A DNA stretch of 64,000 nucleotides, taken from contig CAXXYE010000009.1 of assembly GCA_963674865.2 (NCBI GenBank), positions 1,664,001-1,728,000 of the forward strand, given 5' to 3'. The DNA is from Candidatus Hydrogenedentota bacterium. GTDB lineage: Bacteria > Hydrogenedentota > Hydrogenedentia > Hydrogenedentales > SLHB01. This document shows positions 1-10,323 of the stretch, one piece after another. The notes beneath the pieces are model-generated. The model was not told the DNA's origin, did no database searches, and saw only the letters and a program-made list of their open reading frames with translations. How positions within the stretch are numbered: position 1 is the first letter of the stretch; every line of letters begins with the position of its first letter. Position numbers and translations under genes: made by a program.

Positions 1-68
1 GCGAGATTGTGGCCGATGAAGCCGGCCCCTCCAATGAGGACGACGCGCCGGTCTTTGAGCGGGATCAT
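1..68 (-). CDS. NAD-dependent epimerase/dehydratase, N-terminus only (runs off window edge)
   Basis: Reverse complement from 68 reads MIPLKDRRVVLIGGAGFIGHNLA, containing the extended-SDR GGAGFIG motif. ATGA overlap with the upstream aminotransferase stop. Confidence 0.85.
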   Translation of the reverse strand, partial: MIPLKDRRVVLIGGAGFIGHNL

Positions 69-1228
69 GCTGTCTCTACCTCGTGGATGGCCTCTTTCAA
101 GGCTTCAATGATATAGCGAACGTCCTCTATTGTCACGTGGGGGCCGACGGGCAAGGCAATGGACTGATCGGCGATGCATTCGGCCACCGGAAAGCTGCCT
201 GGACGATAGCCGTATTTTGCGGCGTAGTAGGCCATCCGGGGGACAGGATGCGGATAGTAGATGCTGGTGCCTACGCCGCGGGCCCGCAGGGCGTTGATGA
301 GTTCAAATCGCTTGTCCGCGAGGGCGTCGCTCAACACCACGGCGTGGCAGTAGTAGCTGCTCTGGGAACCGTCGTGGCTAGACTCGAAGACACTTACCTC
401 ATCGATATCCGAAAGGCCGGCCGTCATGGCCTCGTGATTGCGCCGGCGTGTCTCGATGAATTCGGGCAGCCGTTTCATCTGCTCGATGCCGATAGCCGCC
501 TGGAGCTCGTTCAGCCGGTAGTTGTAGCCGAGGGTCGTCACGTCATACAGGCCGGGGGTCTTGCGCTCACCGACGTGTTTGTCCATTCCGAAGGCGCGCA
601 GCCGGCGCACGGCCTCTGCGACGGGTTGATGGCGCGTGATGAGCATGCCGCCTTCGGCCGTGGTGAGATGTTTCACGGGATAGAAGGAAAAGCATCCTAC
701 GTCGGCCAGGAGTCCGGTGTGGACGCCGTTAAGGCGCGCTCCGATGGCAAGGGCGCAGTCCTCGACCACGAAGAGTCGATGCCTGCGGGCGATGTCCATG
801 ACGGGCGCCATGTCGACGGGCATGCCCAGGAAGTGCACTACCGACAGTGCTTTCGTGCGCCGCGTAATGGCCGTTTCGATCTGCGCCACATCGAGGTTTC
901 CGGAGCGGCTTTCGGCATCCACGAACACCGGCTTGGCTCCGGTGAATTCCACGGCGTGGGCCGTGGCCACGTGCGTCATGGCCGGGACGATGACCTCATC
1001 GCCCGGGCCGATGCCGAGGTGCAAATACGTCAGATGCAGGGCCGCGGTGCATGACGCCACGCCGACGGCGTGCGGGGCGCCCGTGAAGCCTGCGAAGGCC
1101 GCTTCGAACTCCTGGATGCGAGGTCCGTGCGCGAGGATGCCGGTATCCATCACCTCGCAAACGGCCTGTTTCTCCTCGTCACCGAGGATGGGCTTTCCGA
1201 ATGGAATCTGTCTCATATCACCTGTCAC
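65..1228 (-). CDS. DegT/DnrJ/EryC1/StrS family PLP-dependent sugar aminotransferase
   Basis: SCTAALHL, VVEDCA, FSFYPVKHLTTAEGG (PLP lysine), GYNYRL. Start may be the ATG at 1216. Confidence 0.95.
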   Translation of the reverse strand: MTGDMRQIPFGKPILGDEEKQAVCEVMDTGILAHGPRIQEFEAAFAGFTGAPHAVGVASCTAALHLTYLHLGIGPGDEVIVPAMTHVATAHAVEFTGAKPVFVDAESRSGNLDVAQIETAITRRTKALSVVHFLGMPVDMAPVMDIARRHRLFVVEDCALAIGARLNGVHTGLLADVGCFSFYPVKHLTTAEGGMLITRHQPVAEAVRRLRAFGMDKHVGERKTPGLYDVTTLGYNYRLNELQAAIGIEQMKRLPEFIETRRRNHEAMTAGLSDIDEVSVFESSHDGSQSSYYCHAVVLSDALADKRFELINALRARGVGTSIYYPHPVPRMAYYAAKYGYRPGSFPVAECIADQSIALPVGPHVTIEDVRYIIEALKEAIHEVETA

Positions 1229-1231
1229 TGT

Positions 1232-2230
1232 TTAGATGTAGTTCACACGGACTGCGTCGGTTTCCTGCGCTGCCCGCTCAATCGCGAAGCACACTGACAT
1301 CGTCCTGAACACCTCTCTCGCATTAACCTCGTGGGGGCGTTCGTCAACCAAGGCGTCGATGAACTCCGTGACGAGGTCGCCCTTCTGATATCCCGGATAA
1401 GGCTCCTCGAACAACTCGGCATCCGCGCCTTGCTCCCGTGAATGTGTCAGCCGGCCGGCCTCAGGCTCATTGATGAACGTGGCCTTTGTTCCGTACAGCG
1501 CGAGGGCGTGAAAGTGGGGGCGCACGCAGGCGCCATGCACCGTGATCTTGCCGATGATGCCGCTGTCGAAAGTGACGATGGCCGCGACGAGATCATTGAA
1601 GCGGAACGCCGTGTCTCGTGTGGCGATCTTATTTGCGTATGCCTTTACCTCGACGATTTCCGCGCCCGTCAGCCATCTCAGGAGGTCTATCACGTGGACG
1701 GCCCCGCCGTGGACGAGGGAGTAGTACTCGAGTTCTCCGCGCCAACCGGCCGTGAGCTTCTCCGGCCGCCCGTAGAGATAGTCGCCTTCTACGTAATACA
1801 AATCGCCGAGATCGCCGCAAGCCACGCGCGCTCGGAGTGCCTGGAATCGCGGGCAGCGGCGCAGGAGCAAGTTCGAGGAAATGTGCAGTTCCGGCCGGGC
1901 ATCGAGGGCGCGCCGGATGCGCCTGGCCTCGTCTCTATGCAGACACATGGGCTTCTCGACGAATACGTGCTTGCCGTTTTCGAGCGCCGCGAGAACTTGT
2001 TCCGCGTGGTCACTATCGTAGGTGGCAATGGACACGAGGTCGATATCCGGATCACTGAGGACTTCGCCTGCGTCGCGTGATGTCCGGACGTGTGGATACT
2101 GCTCCTGAAACGCGGCCAGTTTCTCCTCCGAGAGGTCGCACACGGCGGCCAACGCGCAGTCGGGATGCGCCTCGTAGGTGGCGGCATGGTACGCGCCGAC
2201 ACCGAGTCCTATCACGCCTGCTCGCAGCAA
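1232..2230 (-). CDS. Gfo/Idh/MocA family oxidoreductase
   Basis: GVIGLG Rossmann start, GKHVFVEKP, HVIDL. Confidence 0.93.
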   Translation of the reverse strand: MLRAGVIGLGVGAYHAATYEAHPDCALAAVCDLSEEKLAAFQEQYPHVRTSRDAGEVLSDPDIDLVSIATYDSDHAEQVLAALENGKHVFVEKPMCLHRDEARRIRRALDARPELHISSNLLLRRCPRFQALRARVACGDLGDLYYVEGDYLYGRPEKLTAGWRGELEYYSLVHGGAVHVIDLLRWLTGAEIVEVKAYANKIATRDTAFRFNDLVAAIVTFDSGIIGKITVHGACVRPHFHALALYGTKATFINEPEAGRLTHSREQGADAELFEEPYPGYQKGDLVTEFIDALVDERPHEVNAREVFRTMSVCFAIERAAQETDAVRVNYI

Positions 2231-2249
2231 TGTCGTAGTTCTCCTTGCG

Positions 2250-2939
2250 TCACTTATCGGCCACGGCCTGGTGAAGCTGAAGGATTTCCGCCAGGGAGTA
2301 GTCCCAGTGGGGCCGCTTCATTTGCTCGATGAGGCGCTCCACGACGTCGAAGTCGGCGGGCATGTCTACGGACAGCTGGACCTCGCCATAATCGGCGTCG
2401 GAGCGGAAGTCAACGATTCTGAAAGACTTGGGATGCCGGTAGAAGTGGGGCGTTACGTGTTCGAACTCCTCCGGCTCCGACATTTGCGCGTAGGCGCGGC
2501 GAAACGCATCGGCCGACACAACCTCGACGGACTGGCCCTTCGGGAACGTCCGCACGAGGACATTCGTAACCAGATCGGGCGTCTCCTCGTAGAACAAGCG
2601 GAGCGCTTGGGAGACGAGGGCGGTATCGAGGAGGGGACTGTCGCCGCTGACACGCACGAACGCGTCCCAGCCGAAGCGGTGGAGCACTTCGCTAAACCGG
2701 GCGGCCACATTCTCCAGCGGCCCGCGATGGCAAAGCACGCCCGTCGCCTCACAGAAGGCCTGAATGGGATCATCATCGCGGCCGGTTGAGGTGGCCACGA
2801 CCACAGCGTCCAATTCCGGACAGCGTTTGAGACGCTCGGTGAGGTAGGCGAGCATCGGCTTGCCGCGCAAGGAGCGGAGCACTTTGCCGGGCATGCGGGA
2901 GGAAGACATCCGGGCTTGTACGATGGCGCCTATCGTCAT
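2250..2939 (-). CDS. SpsF-type cytidylyltransferase (CMP-nonulosonate synthetase-like)
   Basis: QARMSSSRMPGKVL, VRVSGDSP, EHVTP, LSVD. ATG 2939 overlaps the upstream stop (ATGA). Confidence 0.9.
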   Translation of the reverse strand: MTIGAIVQARMSSSRMPGKVLRSLRGKPMLAYLTERLKRCPELDAVVVATSTGRDDDPIQAFCEATGVLCHRGPLENVAARFSEVLHRFGWDAFVRVSGDSPLLDTALVSQALRLFYEETPDLVTNVLVRTFPKGQSVEVVSADAFRRAYAQMSEPEEFEHVTPHFYRHPKSFRIVDFRSDADYGEVQLSVDMPADFDVVERLIEQMKRPHWDYSLAEILQLHQAVADK

Positions 2940-4042
2940 GCCGCCTCCACCTCGGCCAGGGCCTCGATGAGTTCGGCCAATCCCGTCAGGTAGGCGATGA
3001 ACGCCGGTAAATCCAGCGGGCCGTCGCACTCGAGCATGTCCCGCACTTTCATGTGCGCCGAGCGGCACGCGAGGATGCGGCAGAAATCGGCATCGCTGTC
3101 GCCCTTGGCTGCCAGCGTGTCGAGGCCTGCTTCGATGCGGGCGAGCGGGGCATCCACTTGCCTCACCTTGTCGTCTTCCTCGTAGGGCGAGCCGCGTCCA
3201 TCGGGCGGGTCGGGGAGCCGGGAGGCGTCACCGAGGGAGGGGCCGAGTTTCGTGCAGAAGAAGCGCAGGTCGCCTTCACCCATCAGGTTTGCATCCTTCT
3301 CCGAGCCGCCAGCTTTCCGCTGCGACGTGTCGTAGTGCATACCGAGCGAGAGTACCTCCGGATTCTCGTATCCCAACTCGGATAGGCGCCGGATCACGTC
3401 GTCGGCGGTGTAGCGGCGCAGGTACGGTACGAACCAGTCATCCATCCACTCCGCGATGCGACGAACCGGTGTGGCCATGAGCCGTAGTTGAAGGATGCAG
3501 CGTCGCGGATCCATGCCGCGGAGCATATGCCGGATCCAGTCAATCACTCGCCAGTAGATGCCGCCCGCGCCGTACAGGTACAGCCAAAGGTGGCCGCCGC
3601 ATTTGAGTACGCGCGAGACCTCGCATAGTCCCCTGTCGGGGTCGGCGCAATGATGCAGGACGCCATTGCACCAAACAATGTCGAACGATTCGTCCCCGAA
3701 GGGCAGCTGCATGAGCGTGGCTTGTTCTGCGGCGATGTTGTTTAAGCCCTTTCGGGCCGCCCAATACCGCACGGCCTCGATATTTCTCTCGCTGAGGTCC
3801 GTCGCAACCACCTCGCCGGCGCCGCATTGGGCCATGAGGATGCTGGCGCGCCCGCCGCCGCAGCCGGCATCAAGGCAGCGCTTGCCCGCGAAGACGCCGC
3901 GGTCGATGCCGTTGGCATGGAGGCGGCGGTAGAGCGGCAGCAGGAATTCGTCAAACGCCTGTTCGTCGTAGAGGGCGAACGTCTCACCGTAGACAAACGT
4001 TGTGAGCCGTTCCTTGTCTGCCCACTGCTCCTGTGGACTCAT
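2936..4042 (-). CDS. Class I SAM-dependent methyltransferase
   Basis: LDAGCGGGR, LPFGDESFDIVWCNGVLHH, RVLKCGG. Confidence 0.9.
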   Translation of the reverse strand: MSPQEQWADKERLTTFVYGETFALYDEQAFDEFLLPLYRRLHANGIDRGVFAGKRCLDAGCGGGRASILMAQCGAGEVVATDLSERNIEAVRYWAARKGLNNIAAEQATLMQLPFGDESFDIVWCNGVLHHCADPDRGLCEVSRVLKCGGHLWLYLYGAGGIYWRVIDWIRHMLRGMDPRRCILQLRLMATPVRRIAEWMDDWFVPYLRRYTADDVIRRLSELGYENPEVLSLGMHYDTSQRKAGGSEKDANLMGEGDLRFFCTKLGPSLGDASRLPDPPDGRGSPYEEDDKVRQVDAPLARIEAGLDTLAAKGDSDADFCRILACRSAHMKVRDMLECDGPLDLPAFIAYLTGLAELIEALAEVEAA

Positions 4043-4267
4043 CCCGTTTCTCCCCGATTGGCGCCACCGCGGCGCTGCCGTAGAGTATACTCCAGTCCAT
4101 TCCTTTCAGGATAGGCATCAGGCCATCTGAAAAGGAATTGCCGGGCGCCAGAACACGACTCTGGAGGCAAGGCGCTTGTCTTCTCGTCGGCGGTAGGGCG
4201 CACCTCACACGAGGCCAGCGCAGTCCCGGAGTCGGTGTACTGGGCCAAATCTCGGGCCTGAGCGGGC

Positions 4268-4276
4268 TGCTATAAT
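4268..4276 (+). promoter_or_regulatory. Extended -10 promoter element (TGnTATAAT)
   Basis: TGCTATAAT ~55 nt upstream of the 4330 ORF. Confidence 0.5.
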
Positions 4277-4329
4277 GGGGCAATGTGGATACGTAGACTG
4301 GTAGGAGTTGACTTGAGGCTGGAGTTGGC

Positions 4330-5709
4330 GTGTTTGTGAACACAAACGACCCGCCTAAGAGCGAGGTTGAAGTCCGACGCTTCCGTTGTGATCAGACTAC
4401 CAATCTGTTTGTTCTGGGACTAAGTGTCGTGTTCTGTGTCATGGCCGCCAGCGGCATCATTAGGCACCTGCCTTTGAGTGTCGAGCCGGATTTTGTTGCG
4501 CGTATCTTCTGCGGGCTATTTGCCGCCCTCTTTCTGATGTTCGTGCTCGCCTCCTCACGAGCGGTAGAAGTCGATGGCGAAGGGATCACAGAGATCTCAT
4601 GGCTTGGCTTCAGGCGGCGTACGCGCTACAAGGACATTATCGACGTCGCATACGGCGGCGAAGACAATCTTGAGGCGAGTACGATCATAACGGGACCTCG
4701 TTACTATATCCGGCTCGGGCCGGACCTCGAAGGCTTGGAGGAGCTGTTCTCGCTGCTTGCTGAACGCGTACCGAAGCACACTTCCGCGTTTCGAGCCTTG
4801 GCCCGGCGAGCGTCGTTCGATACATCGCCGCTTGCAGTAATCATCCTCGCTACGCGGCCGCCATGGCCTGTCGCGTGGATCATGATCCTGATCGCAGGAC
4901 TTGTTCTCTTGGCGTTCGGCCTTATTCCTCTTGATGCAGACGTTTCGATGAAGATCTTTGCAGCCACCTGTGGTGTGTCCGGCGTGGTGTTCCTCTTTCT
5001 GCGGCGAACCGAAGTGGTATTCGGCAACCACATCCTTCGCCGCGGCCGCAAAGTCGTGCCCCTGGTGACGCTCCGAAAGCTTGTGTTCAAGAACGTCGGG
5101 CGGCGGCAGACATGCGGCATGGAAGGTTCGGGGCAACGAGCCTTGCTTCTTGATTCGCGAGTCCCGTGCTTCCGGGAGATAACGGACGTCCTTTCCGGAC
5201 GCGCCGGTAGCGCGCCTAAGGATGGGAACGTTGTGGCGTGCGTCGGAGAAGCAATGACGCTGCCCATTACGCTGCGGCTTCGTTGGTGTCTTTTCCTGGC
5301 CAGATCGTTGGCCTTGTTGAGCGTGTCGGGCATGATCTTGCCAGAGCTGTCTTCGGAGTCGTTAGCCGCTCTGTCATGGGGCAACGCGTTGGCACGAGTC
5401 GTCGCAGTGGGAATACTGGCAGCCCTTGTTGTCTGGAGCTTCAGGCCACTCGTGGCTATGCCTTGGCGTTGCACCTTTTCTGAGCGTGGCCTGGAGGTGC
5501 AGAGGCTATGGGGGCAGCACATCATTCACAAATCCCAGATTGTTGAGCTGCGGCGTTCGGCCGGGGGCCAGTGGTTGCAGGAGGGCCGGCCTCACTTTCT
5601 CAACGTGCGTTCCATGAGCGGGCGCCTTCGGCTGCGAGACGGGTGTTTCGATCTGCCGCTGTCGGCCGTGTACCATTGCCTCAAGCGTGAGTGGTTCCCA
5701 CAGGGGTAG
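4330..5709 (+). CDS. Hypothetical membrane protein with three units of TM hairpin plus soluble beta-rich (PH-like) segment
   Basis: 459-aa ORF with three pairs of hydrophobic helices, each followed by a basic beta-strand-like stretch (e.g. AVEVDGEGITEISWLG, CTFSERGLEVQRLWG). GGAG precedes the GTG start. Confidence 0.7.
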   Translation: MFVNTNDPPKSEVEVRRFRCDQTTNLFVLGLSVVFCVMAASGIIRHLPLSVEPDFVARIFCGLFAALFLMFVLASSRAVEVDGEGITEISWLGFRRRTRYKDIIDVAYGGEDNLEASTIITGPRYYIRLGPDLEGLEELFSLLAERVPKHTSAFRALARRASFDTSPLAVIILATRPPWPVAWIMILIAGLVLLAFGLIPLDADVSMKIFAATCGVSGVVFLFLRRTEVVFGNHILRRGRKVVPLVTLRKLVFKNVGRRQTCGMEGSGQRALLLDSRVPCFREITDVLSGRAGSAPKDGNVVACVGEAMTLPITLRLRWCLFLARSLALLSVSGMILPELSSESLAALSWGNALARVVAVGILAALVVWSFRPLVAMPWRCTFSERGLEVQRLWGQHIIHKSQIVELRRSAGGQWLQEGRPHFLNVRSMSGRLRLRDGCFDLPLSAVYHCLKREWFPQG

Positions 5710-5888
5710 GGCCACTCTGTCAGCTTAACACTCTCTCCTTCGTGAGGGCGCTGTCAGGTGCGGCCCTCGACGAGAGGAGTGCAGGTATTCGAGAGGACCT
5801 CTCAGGCTTGGTTAGTGGCTAGACTCTGAAACAGGACACGGCGTTAGTGGGCTTCAAGGATCTTGCATGAGTTGACGATAAGGTAAGT

Positions 5889-7721
5889 ATGTGCGGCATA
5901 GCGGGATACATCGGTTCAGCGGTTGTTGACGAGGAACGGGTTGCGGCGTGCTTGGCGCAAATGGGCCGGCGTGGGCCGGACGCGGCGGGCGTGTACCGGC
6001 ACGCATTCGCGGATGATTGGCATGTTGTCTTGCTCCACAGCCGCTTGAGCATCATCGATCTGGATCCGCGCTCGAATCAGCCTTTCCGCCGGGACGGCCG
6101 GGCGCTGACGTTCAACGGCGAGCTGTATAACTATGTCGAATTGCGCGAGGACGCCGCGCGGGCGGGGGCGCGGTTCGAGACGCAGTCGGATACGGAGGTG
6201 CTGCTTCACGTTCTGGGCGCTTACGGCGCGGCGGGCCTTGATGGGTGCGAGGGGATGTGGGCGCTGGCGCTCTATGACGAGGCCGACGGGACGCTGCTTC
6301 TTAGCCGGGATCGATTCGCCGAAAAGCCGCTGTATCTGTATCGGAACGAGTTGGGGCTCTTTTTCGGATCGGAGGTGAAGTTCATCACGGCGCTCCTGGG
6401 GCGGACGCCGCCGATCAATTTCAACCACGTCTACCGGTACCTTGTCAATGGCTACAAGGCGCTGTACAAGACGCGCGAGACATTCTACGAAGGGGTCGAG
6501 GAACTGCCGCGCGCGGCCGCGATGAAGGTGCGTTCCGGGGGCGAGGCGTCGGTGGAGCCGTATTGGCGGCCCACGTTCGAGCAGGATGAGGCCCTTTCCT
6601 ATGATGACTGCGTCGCCGAAGTGCGCGAAGCGTTGATCCGCTCGGTGCGGCTGCGACTGCGGGCGGATGTGCCGCTGGCGTTTTGCATGAGCGGGGGGAT
6701 CGACTCGAATTCGCTGATCAGCGTGGCGCGACGTGTGCTGGACTACGATGTTCACGGATTCACCATCGTTAACACCGACGCGCGCTACAGCGAGCAGGAC
6801 ATGGTGGAGCATGCGGTATCCGAGCTCGGAATCCGGCACACCAGCGTGCCGGTGACGACGAGCGAATTCCTCTCGCGGCTGCGTGAACTCGTCCGGTACC
6901 ATGACGGTCCCGTCTACACCATCACGTATTACGCCCAGTGGCTATTGCTCGAGCAGGTCGCCGCGCAAGGATACAAGATCAGCATCAGCGGCACGGCGGC
7001 CGACGAATTCCTTAGCGGCTATTACGATCACTTCCTCGCGCACCTGTACATGGTGCGAACAGATCAGGAAACGCACGCTTCCGCATTGGCAGCCTGGAAG
7101 CAGCATGTACAGCCTCTGGTGCGGAATTCTTACCTGCGTGACTCGGATCTTTTTGTGCGTGATCCTGGCTTCCGAGGGCACATCTTCTTGAACGCCGCGC
7201 GTTTTGCCGCGCGTTTGCAGCGGCCGTGGCGCGAGCCTTTCATGGAGGCGGCCTACACGGAGGATCTGCTGCGCAACCGGATGCTGAACGAGCTATTTCA
7301 TGAGGCCGTCCCCGTCATCCTCCATGAGGATGACTTGAATGCCATGTATCACTCGATCGAGAACCGCTCGCCCTTCCTGGATCGCGGCCTGTTCGATGCG
7401 TGCCGCCGCATTCCAACGCGATACCTGGTTCAGCGCGGCTTCGCGAAAGTCGTGCTGCGCGACGCCATGCGGGGCATTGTCCCGGGCCGCATCTTGGACA
7501 ACCATCGGAAAGTAGGCTTCAACGCGCCCATCCGCTCATTCCTCGATACGGCCGATCCGGCGACGCGCCGTGAACTGCTGGCGCCTTCTCCCATCTATGA
7601 GCATGTCAGGCGCGAGGCTATTGAGGCGGTGATTGACAAGGAAGAGCTTCCAAACAGCGAGAGCAAATTCCTTTTCAATTTCCTGAACGTCAAGCTGTTT
7701 CTGGAGGAATTCGGCTCATGA
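5889..7721 (+). CDS. asnB: Asparagine synthase (glutamine-hydrolysing)-family amidotransferase
   Basis: MCGIAG Ntn start, RRGPD, RLSIID, FNGELYNY, SDTEV, SGGIDS, ENRSPFLD. Context suggests sugar amidation rather than Asn synthesis. Confidence 0.92.
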   Translation: MCGIAGYIGSAVVDEERVAACLAQMGRRGPDAAGVYRHAFADDWHVVLLHSRLSIIDLDPRSNQPFRRDGRALTFNGELYNYVELREDAARAGARFETQSDTEVLLHVLGAYGAAGLDGCEGMWALALYDEADGTLLLSRDRFAEKPLYLYRNELGLFFGSEVKFITALLGRTPPINFNHVYRYLVNGYKALYKTRETFYEGVEELPRAAAMKVRSGGEASVEPYWRPTFEQDEALSYDDCVAEVREALIRSVRLRLRADVPLAFCMSGGIDSNSLISVARRVLDYDVHGFTIVNTDARYSEQDMVEHAVSELGIRHTSVPVTTSEFLSRLRELVRYHDGPVYTITYYAQWLLLEQVAAQGYKISISGTAADEFLSGYYDHFLAHLYMVRTDQETHASALAAWKQHVQPLVRNSYLRDSDLFVRDPGFRGHIFLNAARFAARLQRPWREPFMEAAYTEDLLRNRMLNELFHEAVPVILHEDDLNAMYHSIENRSPFLDRGLFDACRRIPTRYLVQRGFAKVVLRDAMRGIVPGRILDNHRKVGFNAPIRSFLDTADPATRRELLAPSPIYEHVRREAIEAVIDKEELPNSESKFLFNFLNVKLFLEEFGS

Positions 7722-8836
7722 GGTACTGCCGCCGCTGCATCATCCCGGATACGCGGCCGAATATCAGCTTTGACGCCACGGGCCTTTGCAGCGCGTGCGC
7801 GGCCTACGAAGCGCGTCCACAGGTGGACTGGGCCAAGCGGGAGGCGGCATTCCGGGACGTGGTCGCGCAGGCGCAGGCGCGGAGCAAGGGCTACGATTGC
7901 GTCATTCCCGTCAGCGGCGGAAAGGACAGCACCTGGCAAGTGGTGAGGTGCCTTGAGTATGGACTGAATCCGCTGGCAGTGACGTGGAGGCCGCCCGCGC
8001 GGACGGCCGTGGGTGAGCGGAACCTGGCGAACCTGATTCGCCTTGGTGTCGATCACATCGATTACCGGATCAATCCCGACGTGGAGAAGGTCTTCACCTA
8101 CCAGGCCCTGGTGCGTTACGGCGATCCCGGTATTCCCATGCACATGGCCATTTTCAACATTCCGGTGACGGTGGCGGTACGATTCGGAATTCCGCTCATC
8201 GTTTGGGGGGAGAACTCGGCTATTGAGTATGCCGGCGACGACGAGGAGCACATGGGTTTCCGGATGGACGCGTCGTGGGTGGCGAGGTATGGCGTGACGC
8301 ACGGAACGACGGCGCGGGACTGGGTGTCGGAGGCATTGACGGAGAAGCAGTTGACGCCCTACTTCGGCCCGACGCCGGACGAGTTGGCGGCGCGCGAGGT
8401 GCTGGCCGTGTTTCTCGGATACTACTTCCCGTGGGATCCGGCGGCGTCGCTCGCTGTGGCGAAATCGCACGGCTTCTCGACGCGCGCGGAAGGGCCGAAG
8501 ACAGGCTACTATGACTACGCCGATATCGACGATGATTTTATCTCAATCCACCACTACTTGAAGTGGTACAAGTTCGGGTTTACGCGGCTGAATGACAACC
8601 TGTCGCTGGAGATCCGCCACGGGCGGATGACGCGCGAGGAAGCGGTGGCCATTGTGCGGGAACGGGGCGATGAGACGCCGCACGAAGACATCGAGAAGTT
8701 CTGCCATTTTCTTGGCATAACGAAGCAGAGGTTCTTTGAGATCATCGAGCCGTTTCGCAACCAGGATGTCTGGGCCAACCAAGGCGGAACCTGGATGATC
8801 GAGGACTTCCTGATTCCGGATTGGGATTGGACATGA
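7718..8836 (+). CDS. N-acetyl sugar amidotransferase (WbuX/PseA-like)
   Basis: N-terminal CxxC...CxxC, PP-loop VSGGKDS, WGENS, KFGFTR, IRHGRMTREEA. Confidence 0.9.
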   Translation: MRYCRRCIIPDTRPNISFDATGLCSACAAYEARPQVDWAKREAAFRDVVAQAQARSKGYDCVIPVSGGKDSTWQVVRCLEYGLNPLAVTWRPPARTAVGERNLANLIRLGVDHIDYRINPDVEKVFTYQALVRYGDPGIPMHMAIFNIPVTVAVRFGIPLIVWGENSAIEYAGDDEEHMGFRMDASWVARYGVTHGTTARDWVSEALTEKQLTPYFGPTPDELAAREVLAVFLGYYFPWDPAASLAVAKSHGFSTRAEGPKTGYYDYADIDDDFISIHHYLKWYKFGFTRLNDNLSLEIRHGRMTREEAVAIVRERGDETPHEDIEKFCHFLGITKQRFFEIIEPFRNQDVWANQGGTWMIEDFLIPDWDWT

Positions 8837-9213
8837 GATGGATACCGAATAATCCCCCGCGGGAGTTCCGGGTGGGCAAGGACGGCGCGACCCGCCTGTC
8901 GGATTGCGGCCGCATTGCCGCGGCGCCGGATGAACAGGTGACGTTTCTCACGGAGGCGGGGAACGAGTATGACGTCGTGCGGAAGTCCTGGGGGTATTAT
9001 GCCACGCCGTCGCTAAACGGGCGGCTCAAGGAGCACCATCTTCGAGCGGCGCTCATCCGAAACGCGGCAAAGCGCTATTATGTCGTCTTAGTTGAGGAAG
9101 GACGCGAAGGCGAGTTCGAGCGCTACCTGGCGGATGAGGAGTCCGCGCTTGTCAGTTGGCTTGACGAGACGGCCGCGTTGGAATGCATCGAGCGCGGCGC
9201 GAAAGGCGGATGA
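8833..9213 (+). CDS. Hypothetical protein in glycan cluster
   Basis: ATGA-coupled to the upstream gene; 126 aa (PPREFRVG...DEQVTF...YDVVRKSWGYYATPSLNGRL). Confidence 0.8.
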   Translation: MRWIPNNPPREFRVGKDGATRLSDCGRIAAAPDEQVTFLTEAGNEYDVVRKSWGYYATPSLNGRLKEHHLRAALIRNAAKRYYVVLVEEGREGEFERYLADEESALVSWLDETAALECIERGAKGG

Positions 9214-9220
9214 GCGGGAC

Positions 9221-10075
9221 ATGGGTGACACGATGCTGAGGTGCCCGTTCTGTGAAAGCTCGGCGTTCGATACGATATTCGTCTACGATGCGCCACCGCC
9301 GGGCGAGGTCTCGTTTCCTTTGGAGACGGGGCAGTCCTATCATCGGGAGGTCGTCCGATGCGTCGACTGCGGCCATTTCCTTTCCCTGAACAGTATGGAT
9401 ATGAGTGGGCTCTACACGAGGGATTATGTGGACGCGACGTACGGCGGGGCGGAGGGCATGCGCCGGGCCTTTGAGCGTATCCAAGGGCTGGCCCCGGACA
9501 CATCGGACAACAACCAGCGCGTGAAGCGGTTTAGGGCGTTCGCCGAGCGCCGGTTTGCCGGCACCTCGCCGCTGAGTCCCCTAGATGTGCTGGACGTGGG
9601 CTCCGGGCTCTGCGTGTTTCTCGCCCGGTTGAAGGCCGAGACTGGATGGGACTGTACAGCCCTCGACGTGGACGCGCGCCAAGTGGCCCATGCTCGGGAG
9701 GCGGCCCACGTGCGAGCCGTCCAGGGAGCGTTCGGGGCGGTAGACAATCTGGGGCGTTTTGATGCTATCTCGTTCAACAAGGTGCTGGAGCACGTAAGGG
9801 ATCCGATCTCCCTGTTGGGCCAGGCCACGGCACACCTTTGTGAACGTGGCTTCGTGTACATCGAGCTGCCTGATGGCGAAGCGGCGGCGACGGCCGGGCC
9901 AAATCGTGAGGAGTTTTTCATCGAGCACCATCACGTGTTCAGCGCACGCTCGATGGGCCTGCTCGCGAAGCGGGCCGGATTCCACGTGATCGAGCGTGAG
10001 TCCCTTGTCGAGCCAAGCGGGAAATACACGCTCGCAGGATTCCTTGAGAGGTTGCCTGAGGAGGGGCATGGCTGA
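9221..10075 (+). CDS. Class I SAM methyltransferase with N-terminal zinc-binding CxxC pairs
   Basis: CPFC...CVDC, LDVGSG, FDAISFNKVLEHVRDP, EHHHVFS. Confidence 0.88.
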   Translation: MGDTMLRCPFCESSAFDTIFVYDAPPPGEVSFPLETGQSYHREVVRCVDCGHFLSLNSMDMSGLYTRDYVDATYGGAEGMRRAFERIQGLAPDTSDNNQRVKRFRAFAERRFAGTSPLSPLDVLDVGSGLCVFLARLKAETGWDCTALDVDARQVAHAREAAHVRAVQGAFGAVDNLGRFDAISFNKVLEHVRDPISLLGQATAHLCERGFVYIELPDGEAAATAGPNREEFFIEHHHVFSARSMGLLAKRAGFHVIERESLVEPSGKYTLAGFLERLPEEGHG

Positions 10076-10323
10076 TGGGGGAGCGGCCGGACAACCAAGA
10101 CGCGGGCTTGCCGGAGGAGTTTATCCAGTGGCGCGACGCCTCGATCGAGGGGGCGAAGGCCGATGTGGACGCAGTCCGCTTTGTGACGAGCTGGCATCGC
10201 TTCCCGGATCTTCACGATGTGCTGTGGTACCGGGATGTGAACCTCGGCGAGGTCCTCGAATGGGCGCTTACGCCTGAGGTGATCGCGATTCTAGCCGCGC
10301 GTGATGAGAAAGGAAGGCCGTGA
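10075..10323 (+). CDS. Small hypothetical protein
   Basis: 82 aa, overlaps both neighbours by 1-4 nt. Confidence 0.65.
   Translation: MGERPDNQDAGLPEEFIQWRDASIEGAKADVDAVRFVTSWHRFPDLHDVLWYRDVNLGEVLEWALTPEVIAILAARDEKGRP

Noticed and set aside
4039..4248. 69-aa ORF abutting the methyltransferase
   Set aside because: TTG start, no RBS or motif; probably leader/promoter sequence.
5711..5820. Integron attC site after the membrane gene (GCTTAAC ... GTTAGTG)
   Set aside because: The inner hairpin is not centred between the boxes, there is no matching core site upstream of the gene, and no integrase or cassette array is present.
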